The notes below the pieces were generated by a model. That model was not told the origin of the DNA, did no database searches, and saw only the letters and a list, made by a program, of their open reading frames with translations. A stretch of DNA of 64,000 nucleotides. Source: Antedon mediterranea (Eukaryota > Animalia > Echinodermata). The position numbers and the translations under genes are program-made. Below are positions 14,150-26,671 of this stretch, piece by piece; the stretch's first letter is position 1, and each line of letters starts with the position of its first letter. The stretch covers positions 26,604,437-26,668,436 of the forward strand of contig NC_092672.1 in NCBI RefSeq assembly GCF_964355755.1, written 5' to 3'.

Positions 14150-14765
14150 GGTGTTTTTTGTTGTTGCATAGTTTGCTGCTTATTGCGCTCCATATAAGGT
14201 AACGATTATACAGATTCATGCAGTTCCAGTGCATAGATACCATTAACCAATTAAATGGATGCAAAGCTGTAAATTCCCTTTGAATCTTAGTGAATAAATA
14301 AAGGTGTGAACAAAGAATATAAGAAAAAAATAATTTCATTGTTTTTTTTTGTTGTTGCATAGTTTTGCTGCTTATTGCGCTCCATACAAGGTAACGATTA
14401 TCCAGAGCCATGCAGTTCCAGTGCCTAGATACCATTAACCAATTAAATTGCTGCAAAGCTGTAAATTCCCTTAGAATGTTTAGTACATAAATAAAGGTGT
14501 GAACAAAGAATATTATAAGAAAATATCATTTCACCGTTTTCCGTCGTTTAGGAACCAGGTCCTCGCTGAATTTTATTTTAAGGTGAGAGCAAAGAATATA
14601 AGAAGAACATTTCTTTCCAATGTTTTCCACCGTCGTTCAGACTGCAAATCCTCGCAGAATTTCATTTTAAGGTAAGAACAAAGAATATAAGAACATTTCT
14701 TTCTAACGTTTTCCACGATCGTTCAGGCTGCAAGTACTCGCTGAATTAAATTTCAAGGTGAGAAC
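14150..14765. repeat. ~190-bp tandem duplication followed by three ~75-90-bp units
   Basis: TTGTTGTTGCATAGTTT..GCTGCTTATTGCGCTCCAT at ~14158 and ~14349. CTCGC.GAATT...AAGGT.AGA.CAA occurs three times in 14560-14765. Confidence 0.65.
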
Positions 14766-15803
14766 AAGGAAAAACAAATATTTGTTGATGATTTATTCAT
14801 GGCGTGGAGTAAAATATATAGACGGATACAGAAGAATGAAAATAATGACACTTCCACGCTAAATGATACAGAATTAAAAATAATTTACAAACTAGTCCAC
14901 TTTAAATTAGAATAGTATTTTACAATGGTCTCAGAATCTTTTTTATTTATTATTTTGTAGGTTCTTTCCACTTTTATTTCTTCATCTGGTAAAATATTGA
15001 GTTACAATATAAAATACAGTGTAATAACACGTAAATGTTAGTATAATGCCATACAGTCATTTCCTTACTGTTTTGGTAAAATAAATAAATGTTGATTTTA
15101 TTTAATTTAGAGCGAATGATTTTCTTGTATTTTCTACCGCTAAACATTATTTTATTAAGTAACATTCATTTTGTTCTACTCATTATTTGTATATATTTTC
15201 CTAAGTTGTGTAATCATCTTGGCATTATTTTTTAATTATTTGTTTTCCTTTTCCTGTGATACATCACCACCAAATTCATCTTTTAACATAACGGTTGTAT
15301 TTGACATAACATACAAAAATGTTGTTTTCCAACATTGTATTCAATCCATTAAGCGATTATGAAATAAGTTTATTTTGTGTTTTAGGTAAGCAAACTTTAT
15401 ACATTACATTAGTAAATATGGAAAGGATTGTCTGACTGTCATTTGTAACGTTATCATTTTCCTCTATCGTATCAATATTATTGCGTATAAATCAATCTGG
15501 TTTCTCAACTCATTTTGATATATAATTGCTCAATAAAAAAAAAAATGATGTCCGATTTTGGTAAACTTTGGATATGATGTTCATGTTCACCATATAAACC
15601 ATATATATATAACAAATTCTGTTGCAATTTGTTCTATGTTTTACTGGACTAAATTGGTTACCCAAAACTGAAAATAAATTACATTATTGAAATAATATAT
15701 ATATATATATATATATGTTTCTTTCCTATAGGACAGATCACATAATTGAATAAGAAAGGTGAACTGTTTCAGAAGACAGGTGTAACCTTATAAACAGTAC
15801 AGT

Positions 15804-18800
15804 ATGGGTTCCAGTCAGAGTAAAGGACCGATCAATGTACCAGCATTGGGGAGACCGTTCAGACTTGGTATGCTGTATGATTGTCTTAATGAGAAACTCA
15901 TCCATGGAATTACCCTGTGGGATAATGATTACCTGCAACATCACCTTGTTTCACAACCCCAGGTGTCAGCAAACTTTAAAATACACACTGAAGAATCCAT
16001 AGCAGACAAAGCCAATGCCCTAGATATTAATGCAAGCTTGAAACTTAGTATTCTAGGTGGTCTTGTTGAGGTGTCTGGTTCAGCTAAATATCTTAATGAT
16101 CGCAAGTCATCCAATAACACGGTCAGAGTATCGATGCATTACAAGTGTACCACCAAGTTTGAGGAGATAACAATGGAACACATGGACAAAGGAAAGATCA
16201 TGCACCATGATGTGTTCGAATACGGGATTGCTACTCATGTTGTGATTGGTATAAAGTATGGTGGCCAGGCTTTCTTTGTCTTTGAAAAGCAGTTTTCTGA
16301 AAGAGAGACACAAAAGAATGTACATGGAGATTTACATGATGCCATTAAAGCATTACCAGGAATTGCTTCTTTGGACTCGACAGAGAATCTAAAAGACAAA
16401 GTGGATGGTTTTGAATTTATATTTTATGGAGACTGTATTCCTCCCACCAACCCTACCACCTATCTCGATGCTGTGAAGTTGTATAAAGATCTTCCGAAAC
16501 TGATGGGAAAAGCTAAAAACTCAGTTCCTATGCATGTATGGCTTTACCCACTGGAAAAGTTAGATAGCAAAGCAGCAAAGTTGGTCAGAGAAATCAGTTT
16601 TACTCTGGTTGACAGAACAGAAAAAACCTTAGAACAATTACAAAGCTTGGAAATAAGGTGCAAAGACCTAGCAGGATCCGAACCATGTCAAAAGTTTCAT
16701 GTTATAAGAAAGACAATAAACAACTTCCAGGAAATGATAGAAGAGTATAAATTCACTTTTCAGAAGCAAATAATGCAAGTATTACCTAATATTCGAAGAG
16801 GTGGTTCATATGAAGTTGTTTTAGAAGACATAATAGAGAAAAGAAAAACGTCGCCTTTTGATCATAGACATCTTTCCAATTGGATGGAAGAAGCGGAAGC
16901 TCTCGTCCGAGTGGCTGGCACATATGTTAGTAGCATGAGTGAAATCCATTTTGCCCACTCACCTGGAGTTTTTTCAGCAACCATTTTTAACCCAAGCAAT
17001 AGATATATCGTATGCTTCACAATGCGCTTTGTAAAGAAATCAAAATTACTAACAGCCATGCAGAGTTATCTTAGGAGAATAAAAGATGCTGATTACAACT
17101 GTGATGGAGAAAATGTATCTAAAGATTATCTTTATGACGCCCTTGCAGACACAATTGTTCAGAATGCACGCCAATTTAAAGAATTTGCTGCAGCAAATAC
17201 AGGATCATCGGGAACATGTTTTATCGTTCATGAGGACAAAAAGGAACTTGAAAACCCAGGAGGTTTTATATTTCTGTATAAAGATGGAAAACTGATGGAT
17301 CGGAATTTTAAGCCTCCTTCAAAGCCAGGTAGACCTACATTTGTTGACTCAACTCATGATAGCATCCAGTTAAAATGGAAAGTCCCAGATCAAGGTGTCT
17401 CGATTATCACTTATTACGTAGTGTCCTATAAGCAAAGTAATGATTCTGAAACTGATTGGACCACAGTCTCTACTTCCAACAAAAAATGTTCATTTACGGC
17501 AAACGATTTAAAGATTGCCTCTGTATACTTATTTCAGGTGAAGGCAGTTTGTGAAGCCGGAGTAAGCAGAGCCAGTGTAGAGAGTGAACCAATGACCACT
17601 GGCCCAACATGTCCTCCTAGTAAACCAGAAGTTAAGCTTGCAGCAGGTCTTGTTATTGGTGTTAAATGGAACTCTCCTGATATCATTGCTGAAAATGTGG
17701 ATATAAAAGTTTATGATGTTCAATATTGCATGATGGACACCACTGCTGAAACCGGACACATTGAAGTAGATAAAATGATCTGGTGTGATATGATGCCTGT
17801 TTTACACAATACACCGGAAGCAGAACACAAGGCTATAAATAACAAGATCTACATGTATCGAGTTCGTGCTGACTGTGGTGATGCTGGACAGAGCAAATAC
17901 AGCCCGACAAGTGAGGCTATCTGCCTAAATATTTCGCAAGAAATAAAAAATGAAAATATCTTGCTTAATTCAAGGCTTGTTTACACCGGCTCGCCATCGG
18001 TGTATGCACTAAATTTGGAGGAAGTTGTGAAAATAGAATCAGAAAAAATCCACAAATATGAATTTGGAAATCGTAACAGAAACAAACCAACTATCGACAA
18101 AGTCATTATGCTTGTAGGTGCAACAGGAGCAGGAAAGTCAACTTTTATCAATGGGCTGATCAATTATGTATTTGGTGTAAAATGGGAGGATCGTTATCGC
18201 TTCAAACTGGTTCATGAAGATTTCAAAACTACACAGGCAACTTCACAGACAACTTCCATAACATCCTACACAATCCATCATCAGAATGGTTTCCAGGTAC
18301 CCTATACGCTGACCATCATTGACACCCCTGGAATTGGTGACACATCAGGCATCAGTCGAGACAAAGAAATAACCAAACAAATTCGCAGCTTCTATTCTAC
18401 TAAAGGAATATGTGGTATCGACCATATAGATGCTATAGGATTTGTGGCTCAAGCTGCATTGGCGAGACTGACACCAACACAAAAGTATATTTTTGACTCA
18501 ATCTTGTCATTGTTGGGGAAGGATATTGCTGATAACATCTTTATCCTAGTCACTTTTGCAGATGGACAGAAACCACCAGTTATGGTAGGTATCAAAGAAG
18601 CTCAACTCCCATATAAAGGATATTACAAGTTTAACAATTCTGCTTTGTTCGCTCAAAACAGAGCTGATGGTGAGGTGCCGGAAGATGAAGAGAAAGACGA
18701 GGAAGAAGAAGAGGGCGGAGGTTTTGATAATATGTTCTGGCAAATGGGAACAAAAAGTTTCAAACAGTTCTGTACCAAGCTGGCAGCAATTGAGCCAAAA

Positions 18801-18839
18801 AGCTTATTATTGACCAAGGATGTCTTGGATGAGCGTAGT
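15804..18839 (+). CDS. Stonustoxin/verrucotoxin-like MACPF-CDC protein with 2x FN3 and septin/AIG1-like GTPase; 5' part of a gene interrupted by an LTR element
   Basis: ALGRPFRLGMLYD and ATHVVIGIKYGGQAFFVF are stonustoxin-family motifs. FN3 repeats lie at ~17315-17915 (PSKPGRP..SIQLKW..Y.V.Y..YLFQVKA). G1 is GATGAGKS (~18117-18140), G3 is IIDTPG and G4-like is VTFADG. An in-frame TAA at 15783 precedes the ATG, and a splice acceptor lies at ~15730. The ORF reads into the LTR and stops at 18854. Confidence 0.9.
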
Positions 18840-19243
18840 TGTCATATTATTTAGGTTGTGATTCTCTGTGTTTAGAGAAGGATGCTTTAGACCAGGTCCG
18901 CCTTATATTTTTAGCCAATCAAAATCGTATAATTGTTGGAGGGAAAATGTTATCCTCCTCTGAAGCCTATAATTTGCATGTCCAGTATAAAAGTGGAATG
19001 TAATAGATATTAAAGGGAAGAGAGAATAAGATCAGAGTAGATAAACGGAAAGATGATAAAGAAAATATTAAGGCTTGACTGGTAGTGGTAGAAAGATGTA
19101 TTAATCGAATTACAAGGAATAAAAGTTCTAGTTGAGTTAAATATACTTTTTGTATAAAATATCATTCAGTGACAGCAGTGTACGTCGAGTGGATATACGC
19201 CTGAGAAAGCTCGGAACCAACTAAAAGATAAATATTCACTACA
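18840..19243 (+). repeat. 5' LTR (404 bp)
   Basis: TGTCATATT...CACTACA, with CCAAT ~18915, TATAAAA 18986-18992 and AATAAA 19118-19123. About 4 differences from the 3' LTR by eye. Confidence 0.95.
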
Positions 19244-19258
19244 TGGTGGCAGCGGTGG
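19244..19258 (+). other. Primer binding site, tRNA-Leu
   Basis: TGGTGGCAGCGGTGG directly after the LTR is complementary to the 3' end of tRNA-Leu (..CCACCGCTGCCACCA). Confidence 0.8.
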
Positions 19259-19788
19259 AAATTTTTGTTTAAGATACATGATTTAAGTATCAAGAAGAAG
19301 AAGAAGAAGAAGTGACAGTGCCTACTCTACGGGCCTGTTAAATCAGTAACCAAAAAGTTAAATGGTTACGAAGATCTGGATTCCTGACAGTTTTTATACC
19401 GTGCGTTGTTTGGATATTACAACGAAGAAGAAGTACTGTTGAGCTCAAGACTGCTGGATATTCATCGGAGATACTGTATATATTCACCGAGGTCTGAAAG
19501 AAGAAGACTGAAGTAACAGAAGGAAGCCCAGTAAATTTGGAGAAGATTTGCAAAGCTGACTTTGTAAACTAATTTTTATTTCGAAAGTAAATTTTTGTAC
19601 GGAGCGAACTTGGAACGTTGTTTGTGACTTTGAAGTAAATTAATGTCTTAGATTGTATTGCATTTATAAATTTATGTGGATTTCATATTTTTACATATCT
19701 GAATGGAATCAAGGTAATACAAATACTTTTATAACATATTTTGTATACATAAGTTTACATATTTCATTAGTAAAATTATGTTATTAGC

Positions 19789-20895
19789 ATGACAACTTTA
19801 AGATCGGGTAAAAATATAGATAAGACTATGTCAGACAAAGATACTAGGGAAGATATGGTTGACCAAGTCAATGAAATGTATGATAACATGGCTAGGGATA
19901 TTGATTTGCCCGAAATACCCGGCGGTATGCCTAAAGATATGATGCTCGAATATTTTCGAATGAAGTTCGAGGCCGAGGCCGAAAACAAAAAGTTAGAATT
20001 ACAATACCAACAAGACCAATTAAGATTAGAAGCAGATATAGAGCAAAGAAAAATTGAATCACAAGAAAGAGTGAAAATGATGGAATTAGAAAATAGGTCT
20101 AGCTACAGTAATGCTAGGAATATAGTAGATGAAATGAAGGTAAAGGTTCCTACTTTGAAGGAATGAGATGATATTGATATATATTTTAGAACATTTGAAC
20201 ACTTGGCAGAAGCCACAGGTTGGGATAAGAATACGTGGTCCGCTAGGTTAGCACCTGAACTGTCTGGTAAAGCTAGGACAGCATATGCATCCTTAACCGT
20301 AAAAGAATGTGTAGATTATGATACCTTAAAGAAGGCAATCTTAGAAAAGTATGATGTGTCCGCAGAAACCTACAGATTTAAATTTAGAAATTCAAACAGA
20401 GTTAAAGATATGTCCATCAGGGAATGGCTGAATGAGCTCTCCCATTATTTAAAATGTTGGATGAAATGTGCTAATGTAAAAGAAGATGATGCTGCAGGCA
20501 TTATTGAAATGATTATAATGGAACAGGCACTTGATAAAATGCCTGAAGATCTGAGGCTTTATCTTAGAGATAAACAAGTAAATAAGAGCTATGATATGGC
20601 TATGATAGCCGATGATTATATAGCTAATAGAGGTGGCCGTGGCTATTGGAATGCCGTAAATTCTGAAAATAAGCCTACGTATTATAAGGGCCAAGAAAAT
20701 AGTAAACCTGGAGCTAGGCAGCAAGGATACAATAGGTATCGCGGAAGGGGAGGCAAATTCCATAACTATGGTAGAAATTTCCAACAGAGAGAACCTTCAA
20801 ATGAATGGATTAATGGCCTATGCTTCAATTGTAAGGAGAAGGGACATAAAATAGGGGATTGTCCTAAGATGGTAGCAAAAGGAAAGACTAAGTGA
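19789..20895 (+). pseudogene. gag: gag (coiled coil, capsid/SCAN-like region, CCHC zinc knuckle) with internal stop
   Basis: Two same-frame ORFs are separated by TGA at 20164-20166. Motifs: YFRTFE..A, LSGKAR.AY, YDTLKKAIL and CFNCKEKGHKIGDC. Confidence 0.85.
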
Positions 20896-20968
20896 CACTA
20901 AGAAGGGCCCGAATGTAAAAGATGGCTTAAGATGTGAAGGAATAAAATCAGATAGACCCCAAGTAGTT

Positions 20969-21553
20969 ATGGATAGTGTAGAAAATAAAATGGAGAAGTG
21001 TATAATACCAGGAAAATTAGAAGGACAGGATATAACTATGCTTAGAGACTCGGGATGTACCCAGTCAGCTGTTAAGGAAAGTCTAGTGCCTAACAAATGT
21101 TACTTGCCAGGAAAATGGGTTACGTTAAGAGGTATAGGAGGCGATATTACCGTCCCCTTAGCTGAGGTAGCTATAGAAAGTAAGATAGTGACAGGAAAAG
21201 TGATTGTAGCCGTAATCGAAGGATTACAGAGGGATATGTTATTGGGTCATGATTTGGACCAGAATTGTGGGGAAACAATGGCTAAAGAAATGTTCGTCCT
21301 AACTAGGGAGCAAGCCAGAATAGAAAATGATGTTAGAATACAAGACGAAATGATATTGTTAGGGAAAGATAGTAACTTTAATCCGATAGAAGAGCCGCCT
21401 AAAGAAACTAATGTACAGTTGTTGAAAACAGTAGTAAATGACAACAAAGTAAATAAAACTAAGTGTTTAGATGATATGAATGGAACAGAAATGAATAATT
21501 TGTTTGACGAAAATGAGGATAAAGCTAAAGATAAAACAGTCAGCACAAGCTGA
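20969..21553 (+). pseudogene. pol: Retrotransposon aspartic protease
   Basis: LRDSGC active site and MLLGHD motif. Confidence 0.85.
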
Positions 21554-21579
21554 ACCTAACTAAACAAGAACTGATCAAA

Positions 21580-24346
21580 TTGCAAACTAATGACGACTCA
21601 CTCAAAGGAGTGTTTGACAGGGTAGTCCCTATAGAAGAAATAGGTCAGCATAGGGTATGTTTCTTTATGAGACAAGGTATATTGATGAGAAATTGGAGTA
21701 GTATTAAAGATAAGAATAACCAAGTGGAACAGATTGTATTACCCACTCAGTGTAGACAGGGTGTATTACACTTAGGTCATAATGTGCCATTTGCAGGTCA
21801 CATGGGTGTTGAGAAAACTAAAAGTAGGATCCTGAACCAATTCTATTGGCCAGGTATATTTAAAGATGTGGTAGTCTATTGTAAAGTCTGTAAGCAATGC
21901 CAAAAGGTAGATAAGGGTAAAAGTAAAAGGAAACATACTTTGATACCATTACCGATTATAAGTACACCATTTAAACGTTAAGCGATAGACATTGTTGGAC
22001 CCTTATCTAGAACAAGCCGTAATAACAAATATATGCTTACTATAATTGACTATGCTACGAGATATCCCGATGCTATCCCGTTACCCAATGTTAGAGCTGA
22101 AACAGTAGCCAGGGCTCTAATAGAAGTCTTTACTAGAGTAGGATTACCCGAAGAGATTGTACATGATCAAGGAACTAATTTCATGTCTTCAATTATGCAA
22201 TCTATATGTAGTATGTTGGGGATTAATCAATTATTGACTACAGTGTACCACCCCCAAAGCAATGGGCTTGTTGAAAGATTTCACGGTACATTGAAAAATA
22301 TGATAAGGACACTTACAGTTAAGCAAAGAAAAAATTGGGATAACTACATACCCCCCTTTCTGTTTGCATACAGAGAAGTTCCTAGTAAAGCGACGGGCCA
22401 TTCACCTTTTAAATTGCTTTATGGTAGAGAGGTGAGGGGACCCTTGAGTTTACTCAAAAGTAATTGGGTAGAAGATGAAGAAACATCTACTGATGTTATC
22501 AAATACATGTTAGACATAAGAGAAAAAATGGAGGAATTAATGAAAGATGCTAATGTAAACAAACTTGAACAACAAGAAATTATGTCCCACAATTATAACA
22601 AGAATGCTATTGATAGAGAATTTGTAGAAGGGGACAAAGTGTTGATATTCCTTCCAGTAGGAAATAGTAAGTTAGACAGTAAATGGCAAGGCCCCTTCAC
22701 TGTTACAAAAAAGGTCAATGATGTAAATTATGAAATATACATAGGAGGTAGAAGAAAAGAAAAACAAATTCTACATGTTAATATGTTAAAGAGATGGTAT
22801 GATAAAGTAGAAATAAGTAAAGATGGTTATTATGTAGTAACAAATGTTCAGTCGATAGAAGAAGTAGACTTAAATGAAACAGTCCATGAAAATGAGTTAG
22901 ATAGTGAAATAGACATAGGATTGTCTTATCATCAATCACAAACATGGAGAGATGTTAACGTTAGTAGTAATTTAAATGATACACAAACTAAACAATTAAC
23001 AGAATTGTTAAAGTACCACCAGAATGTATTCTCGGATGTACCAGGTAGAACTCACTTAGTGACACATGAAATTAAGACTAATGGTGAAATGCCTATAAGG
23101 CATAGGGCATATAGAACGCCCCAAGCATTAAAGGGTAAATTGAAAGAAGAATTAGATAGTATGTTGGCTATGGGTATAATAGAACCTACAGTTAGTGCCT
23201 ATGCTGCACCTATTATTGCCCTGAAGAAAGGCCAGAATCAAATTAGAATGGTGACAGATTTTAGATCACTAAATAAGACTACACAATTTGACCCTTATGT
23301 TATGCCTCGCATAGACGAAATGTTGGATGAGGTATCATCCGCAATATACATAACTACGTTAGATCTTACTAAAGGATTTTACCAGGTGCCTCTGGATCCT
23401 AAGACCAAAGACAAATCAGCATTTATTACACAATTTGGACAGTATTGTTACAATGTACTTCCATTTGGTATGCAAAATAGCTCTAGTACTTTCCAAAGAT
23501 TAATGGATAAGGTATTACAAGGTACTGAGGGATATGCTAAGGCATATATAGATGTCATATGTATTTATAGTCAAACTTGGAAAGATCATATTTTTCATTT
23601 GAATGATGTATTAGAAAGATAGTAGTGCTGGATTGACAGCAAAGCCTTTGAAATGTAAAATTGCCTATGCTCAGGTAGAATTTCTGGGGCATAAGATTGG
23701 TAATGGAGAAATTAGACCCATGATTGATAAGGTTGAGGCTGTGGAAAAGTTTCCCAGACCTTTGTCTAAGAAACAAGTCCGATCATTTCTCGGATTAACT
23801 GGCTATTACAGAAAATTTGTACAGAACTATGCCGATATTGCTAAGCCATTGATTGATTTAACTTTAAAGAGTAAAAGTAATACCGTTAAGTGGAATGAAC
23901 AATGTGAAAATGCCTTTGTAACTTTAAAGAAACGACTTACTGATGATAATGTATTAAAAGCCCCAAATTTTGATAAGATGTTTATATTGCAAACCGATGC
24001 CTCAAATTATGGCATAGGTGCAGTGCTGAGCCAAATATATGGTGAGGGTAATGATTATCCAATTGTGTACTTAAGTAGAAAGTTATCTGTACATGAGCAG
24101 AGATATTCTGTGCCAGAAAAAGAGTGCCTCTCTATTGTTTGGGCTATCAATAAACTTAAGTATTATCTGTATGGTTGTGAATTTCAAGTTCATACTGACC
24201 ACCAGGCATTGAGATGGATGGACTCAATGAAGGGTGCCAATGTTAGACTTATGAGATGGGCTCTGTTTTTACAAGGATATACATTTAAAGTTATTTACAA
24301 GAAAGGATCATTAAATGGAAATGCAGATGGATTAAGCCGTGCATAA
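21580..24346 (+). pseudogene. pol: pol: integrase (HHCC, DDE, GPF) then RT then RNase H, with stops and frameshifts
   Basis: GH..GVEKT..CKVCKQC; IDYATRY, HDQGTNF, PQSNGLVERF and WQGPF. RT has LDLTKGFYQ, LPFGM and YIDV (catalytic YxDD altered). RNase H has TDASNYGIGAVL, EKECL and NADGLSR. Stops at 21979 and 23620. Confidence 0.9.
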
Positions 24347-24437
24347 ATAATATTATAGAGGTGTTATTTGTAGATAGTTGATAGTAAAATGGTTTTAAAT
24401 GTTAAATTTTTGGAAAGATTGACACAATCTTTTTCCC

Positions 24438-24448
24438 AAAAAGGGGAA
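24438..24448 (+). other. Polypurine tract
   Basis: AAAAAGGGGAA immediately before the 3' LTR. Confidence 0.85.
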
Positions 24449-26666
24449 TGTCATATTATTTAGGTTGTGATTCTCTGTGTTTAGAGAAGGATGCTTTAGA
24501 CCAGGTCCGCCTTATATTATTAGCCAATCAAAATCGTATAATTGTTGGAGGGAAAATGTTATCCTCCTCTGAAGCCTAAAATTTGCATGTCCAGTATAAA
24601 AGTGGAATGTAATCATAGTTGCCATTTCTGGCATTATTATGCTTTTTGGCATTATTTAGAGGCCCACGGCATCTGGCATAATGCCGCGGCATTATTTAGC
24701 CGTTTTTAGCATAATCTGGCATAATTTTGTGTTTTTTGAACAACCAAAAAAATAATATACCACAGAACAAAAATAAAATATTTTGTTTAATCTTGCAATT
24801 TAATACATATCACCTTACACAATATCATATTGTACAAAACAGATCTGTTCGGGTTTTCCGTACAATAGTTCTTCCATCCTTTTGTTTCGGACTTAAATAG
24901 ACTCTTCGGATAGGAAGGCTGCTCGAGAACTACCGTGTGTGCGATATAGGCAGCACAACAAATCCGAAGAGGCTAGCTATTGGCCAATTATGTTGCTCTA
25001 TTTCAGAGACCATGCAGGTTATTGGATCCCCAGATATAGAGACAATTGAACGAAAACATTATGAAAGGGGTTTTGTCGTTTCAGTTCATAATTATAAGTG
25101 GCCGCACCTCGTCATTTCCAGTAACTAATTAGAAGCTCTAATTTTAAAAAGAATTTCTTCTAGGAGAATTTGTTTTCCATATTTCAAATTATGTTCCATT
25201 TGCATCGTCGTAGCAACCCTATTTTTCCAAATGTTCTTCACCTCTAAGCCGGCCCCAGTAGTGACCATGTGGGCGAGGTAATTTTTATTTAATATTAAGT
25301 GCCATTTCCGCCCATCGAGCAGCTCTATTTTTCCATTTTTTTTACCTCACCCCCAACCATGGTGGGGCTGAGGTCATGGAGACACATATATATTTTTATT
25401 TCCTATTTTAAATTATAATTGCCATTTTAAAAACTATGATGGGCTAAGATCCTGGAGGTACTAATAAATATATTTTTATTTCATATTTGAAATTAATTAG
25501 TGCCATTTCCGCCCATTGAACAGCTCTATTTTTCCAAATTTTCTTACCTCAGCACCAGCCATGGTGGAGCTCGAGGTCCTGGAGACACTTAATATATATT
25601 TTTATTTCCTATTTTAAATTATAATTGCCATTTTCGAACTATGGTGGGCTAAGATCCTGGAGGTACTAATAAATATATTTTTATTTCACTAAAATTAAGT
25701 GCCATTTCCGGCCATTGAGTAGCTCTATTTTTCCAAATTTTTGTACCTCCAGTCCCAACCATGGTGGGGCTGAGGTCCTGGAGACACTTAATATATATTT
25801 TGATTTCCTATTTTCAATTATAATTGCCATTTTCGAACTATGGTGGGCTAAGATCCTGGAGACACTAATAAATATATTTTTATTTCATATAAATTAAGTG
25901 GCATTTAAATCAGCATTTTTCAAAATTTTCTTATCAACCATGGTGGGGCTGAGGTCCTGGAGACACTTAATATATTTTTATTTCCTATTTTAAATTATAA
26001 TTGCCATTTTCTAATTATGGTGGGCTAAGATCCTTTCATTTGAAATTAAGTGCAAAGATCGAGCAGCTCTCATATTTCAGCTCAAAAATTCTAAATTTCC
26101 ATGGCTGTAACAGGTTTTTGTTGGGGGGTGGGGGGAGAAGGGTTCGTGGGTTGGTGTTTCTTTCATTTGCAATTACCATTTTCGCACCCCAGATATTTTT
26201 AGAATTATTAGTTATTACTCACAAAACTAAAAATACAATTTTTGAACGGCATAGGGATACAATTTAGGTCAGTTGGGGTTTTACAAACGTTTATTAGACT
26301 TACAACCGTTGGTGGCGCTGTTTAGGGCCAAATTTTAGGGATCTGGCATTTTTTTTCCCAATCTGGCATTATTTGAGACAGGATATGGCATAATTTAAAT
26401 TTTATCGCTGGCAACGCTGAATGTAATAGATAGTAAAGGGAAGAGAGAATAAGATCAGAGTAGATAAACGGAAAGATGATAAAGAAAATATTAAGGCTTG
26501 ACTGGTAGTGGTAGAAAGATGTATTAATCGAATTACAAGGAATAAAAGTTCTAGTTGAGTTAAATATACTTTTTGTATAAAATATCATTCAGTGACAGCA
26601 GTGTACGTCGAGTGGATATACGCCTGAGGAAGCTCGGAACCAACTAAAAGATAAATATTCACTACA
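24449..26666 (+). repeat. 3' LTR, interrupted (24449-24613 + 26428-26666 = 404 bp)
   Basis: Matches the 5' LTR on both sides of the hAT insertion. Confidence 0.95.
24614..26419. mobile_element. Non-autonomous hAT-type DNA transposon nested in the 3' LTR
   Basis: 8-bp TSD AATGTAAT (24606-24613 and 26420-26427). TIRs CATAGTTGCCA and TGGCAACGCTG, with subterminal GGCAT(T/A)AT motifs at both ends. Internal ~200-bp tandem repeats (CCATGGTGG.GCT at ~25357, 25559, 25758, 25937). Confidence 0.9.
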
Positions 26667-26671
26667 GTAGT

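Larger units (their letters stand above)
18840..26666 (+). mobile_element. Ty3/gypsy LTR retrotransposon, Gmr1-like (PR-IN-RT-RH order), defective
   Basis: TGT..ACA LTRs, 5-bp TSD GTAGT (18835-18839 and 26667-26671), PBS, PPT, and gag/pol remnants with integrase upstream of RT. Confidence 0.95.

Noticed and set aside
18840-26666. Ty1/copia element (integrase before RT)
   Set aside because: RT, RNase H and integrase motifs are gypsy-type; the order is explained by the Gmr1 lineage.
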